DNA of 61,269 nucleotides, counting the filler, from Sphacelaria rigidula (Eukaryota), in NCBI GenBank assembly GCA_964200075.2. It is 8 parts of 8 records of this genome, joined end to end, with 100 filler letters (N's around TTAATTAATTAA, not from the genome) between each part and the next. Parts side by side here need not be neighbours in the genome. Positions count along the whole stretch, not along the records: positions 53,700 to 61,269 come from CAXNAA020014294.1; 7 more parts are not named here. One strand, written 5' to 3'. Position numbers and translations under genes: made by a program. Position 1 is the stretch's first letter. Each line of letters begins with the position of its first letter. Of the stretch, positions 58,610-61,269 are shown piece after piece. The notes below the pieces were generated by a model. It was given only the letters and a program-made list of their open reading frames with translations, did not search any database and was not told where the DNA came from.

Positions 58610-60176
58610 CTATTTCGCGGTGGGTGACCGCAGTCAATGGGGAGGGGGGGGGGGGGGCACAGTTTTGTATACAGTCTCAAGGTTTGACAACACAAGAATC
58701 AATTGCCATGTATATATAAATCATAACGAGTTTCCCAAATATGTCCCACTCACAGAAGAAAAAAAAATGTCCCATGAGGCTGTGATTCGTGCTCTGGTCC
58801 TTCACACTACTTTCGTGCATAACGTGTATCTGTTGGGTCTTGATGTAATTTTATTCGATATTCGTACATTAACGAGCTACTATACCTCGGGAGCAAAATC
58901 CATGCGCGGTCAAACTATAGACGCGCGTAACTCAATGCGAGTCCCACAAAGAAACAGAGCTGCTCGGTCGCTGAAGGGACACTCCAGGGCTAGGGGGAGT
59001 ACTCATGATCTTGCACATCGTAGACACGGGATCATTGCAGCCGTTACAAATTCCGGAAACTCTCGAGGGCTAGGGGGGAAAGAATGGAGTATGAATGTAT
59101 AAGGTGATAACGCACGAAAAACATAGTGATTGGATCAAGTGAGAACGAGACAAGCAACACAAAGAACAAAAAAAAAGGGACATATTTTACTTGCTTCTTC
59201 CTGGAACGCACGCTCCAATGGAAACAACAAATTAAATTAGCTTCAACAGTGAAAATATCTTCAGTAGGCGATTCTACGGTTGGGCTGCATGATGCACCCG
59301 AACAACGTGGAACTCCGGTCCCTCCTGTGGAAGGTCGTCGCAGTGGTCTTGTCGCCCAAGATTCTGCAAATAGGAGTCTCCCGTTTCTCCCTGTCTGTCT
59401 CCCTTGAATTGTAGAAGCAAGGACTGACCGTGACCAGCCGCGTGGTAGACACATGCGGAGTGCTTACCATTGGTTAACATACGATGAATCTCTTCATCTT
59501 GAACTCTTCGTATCGTCTATACCGGTTGTCTGGAGCATCCATCGGTGACCCGGCGGTAACCGGTGCGAGTGACGCAGGGCCGCTCACTTCATGTCACCGG
59601 CCAAACAGCTGTACCACGGAGGGAAACCAAAGAAATATTCGTACACAATGGTTGATAGGAAATATCATGGGATGTTACAAACTACCACTGACACCAACAG
59701 TAACCCTGACCCCGACCCAAGGCCCACGAGACCCTCGGGCAAGGGGAGGTGCACAGGCTCCCCTAGACAACGTGCGTGCGTTGGCAGACCTCGAATCGAC
59801 GCCGCAGGCGCCGATTTCGACAAAAAACACGTTTTGGACGAGCTGGGTCCACTGCTCACCTGCCCCAAACCATACATTTTCTCAGAACTTCTCGAGTCGA
59901 AAATCAAGTTGTCATCCCTGTCAACGATTGTGTACGAACATTTCTGCTAGTCCCACGGACTCACGGAAGACCGGCTACAGTAGCGCGGGCGTTGTGTCTG
60001 TGCTCTGGTTGTACAGTTTGGGCTCGTGGATGTAGAGTGGAGCAAGCAATGGTTGACAGTCCTCCCACGGAGAGTGAATCCCTCGTTGGGGACGAGACAG
60101 TTGGCAACCTGCTGGTCGTGGAAAACGATCCTCGTGGACGCTGTCTGAGCAATGCTACGATAAGGGTGCAATTTTT

Positions 60177-60437
60177 CAAGGGTCGGACAAATAATGATTC
60201 GTCTGAAAATAACTTGGTTTTCGTATAAATGATTCGACTCGTACGAATCAATCCCTAGGCTTTGTTTCAGCGTTGCAACCCAGGTACACGCAGCCCAGAC
60301 ACGTGGAATGGCGCAAAAGTTGCGTGGATACCCCTTGGACCAGCGGTCAACTTTTTTCTCCCTTTTGGGCTGGGCAATCAGGCCGAAGAAGTCGTCAATT
60401 TGGTGATTCGTAGTCATGATGATTCGTCCTAACCGTG
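60177..60437 (+). mobile_element. hAT-type MITE (family B) within a threonine synthase intron
   Basis: CAAGGGTCGGACAAAT...GATTCGTCCTAACCGTG. The TSD is degenerate. Confidence 0.85.
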
Positions 60438-61055
60438 CACATTTGCGCGAAATCTTGTCTGGTTCAGGGGCTCCCAACAATTTCAGATGCACAAGAATAT
60501 GGATCAGGGCATCCCCGTTTGCGAATTCATTCGGGATATTCCCAGCACATAAGAGTAGTAGTCCTGGCGTACTCTCACATATTGTCACAAGTCGGGTTTT
60601 GCATGAGATGAAGGGCTCCTAACAAGTCTAATCCCATACAATATTTGTGCACCCCTACCATAGCATCACTCGTCTGAGGGACCGGAAATGTGCTTTCCGC
60701 ACCACCCTCTATTGATTTAGATCCTTCCCCTCTCTTTCCCCCCCCCTCCGTCATGTCCTCCGTCTGGAAAGGAAAAGAAAAAGGGAAAGGCATGCGTGGT
60801 CAATAGTTCAATGGTTCAATGACCAAGGCAAGCAATCCACGAGTACGCCCCCCGCCCCTTCCCCCGACGCTCCTGTACACGTCTCGACTCTGTCAACAGA
60901 CCAACACGATCAAGAAGGTTGAGCTCTGGAGCTCTGCACACACATATATATACTTTCGGCACTGCTTCCACGTGCGTTACCCGTGGCTTTCCACTAGTAT
61001 ATATAAGTTTTCATTTTTAGAGCCGTGTAATTATCATAGCATACTGATATAATAC

Positions 61056-61216
61056 CTGTCTTCTCGAAGTTCGCCAACCATTCGCGAAGCGTGTCTCCGT
61101 CATCTCCGCACAAGTGGAACAAAAAGCGCTCGAAGTTGGAGGAGACGCAGATGTCCATGGACGGAGCGATGGTCGGCACTACGCCCTCTCTCCAGTACCG
61201 GCCGCTCGTGAAAAAC
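61056..61216 (-). CDS. thrC: Threonine synthase, internal exon
   Basis: CAG acceptor and AG|GTATTA donor. RFFTSGRYWREGVVPTIAPSMDICVSSNFERFLFHL carries the diagnostic PSMDIxxSSNFER motif. Confidence 0.95.
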
Positions 61217-61269
61217 CTGGCGATAAATAAGGTTTTGGTCAATGGACAATAGTGGGACAGGGAGGGGGG

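Noticed and set aside
59690..59720. Interstitial telomeric repeat
   Set aside because: Only one TAACCCT-like unit plus degenerate neighbours, too short to support.
1..61269. A defence or oxylipin gene cluster (zeta-like protein, metalloprotease, alpha-dioxygenase, thrC)
   Set aside because: Each gene lies on a different contig, joined only by length sorting.

Overview
This is not a contiguous locus. It is an artificial concatenation of eight unrelated ~7.57-kb contigs, sorted by length (7572, 7572, 7572, 7571, 7571, 7571, 7570, 7570 nt) and joined by identical 100-nt spacers (N44-TTAATTAATTAA-N44). The DNA is intron-rich, repeat-rich eukaryotic nuclear sequence, and gene structure and repeat style suggest a brown alga or other stramenopile (inference). 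Recognisable host-gene fragments: the last exon of a zeta-toxin-like P-loop protein, a metzincin exon (HEFGHNLGCRH), two exons of a membrane protein, a 1.94-kb terminal exon of a TMEM185-like protein, three exons of a plant-type alpha-dioxygenase, and three exons of threonine synthase, including a GC-AG intron. Most of the rest is mobile DNA: a hAT-type MITE family with 8-bp TSDs, a larger hAT-type element with 41-bp subterminal repeats, TA-flanked Tc1/mariner/pogo-type elements, foldback elements, two tRNA-derived SINE families, LINE remnants and a gag-like relic. I found no convincing new multi-gene system, and any apparent gene clustering across spacers is an artefact. The best leads are a LINE family whose 3' ends consistently run into poly(C), an algal alpha-dioxygenase whose 3' exons are missing behind a LINE insertion, a zeta-toxin-like domain split by a long acidic insert, and the GC-AG intron. 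Family assignments come from motif recognition by eye, without database searches.
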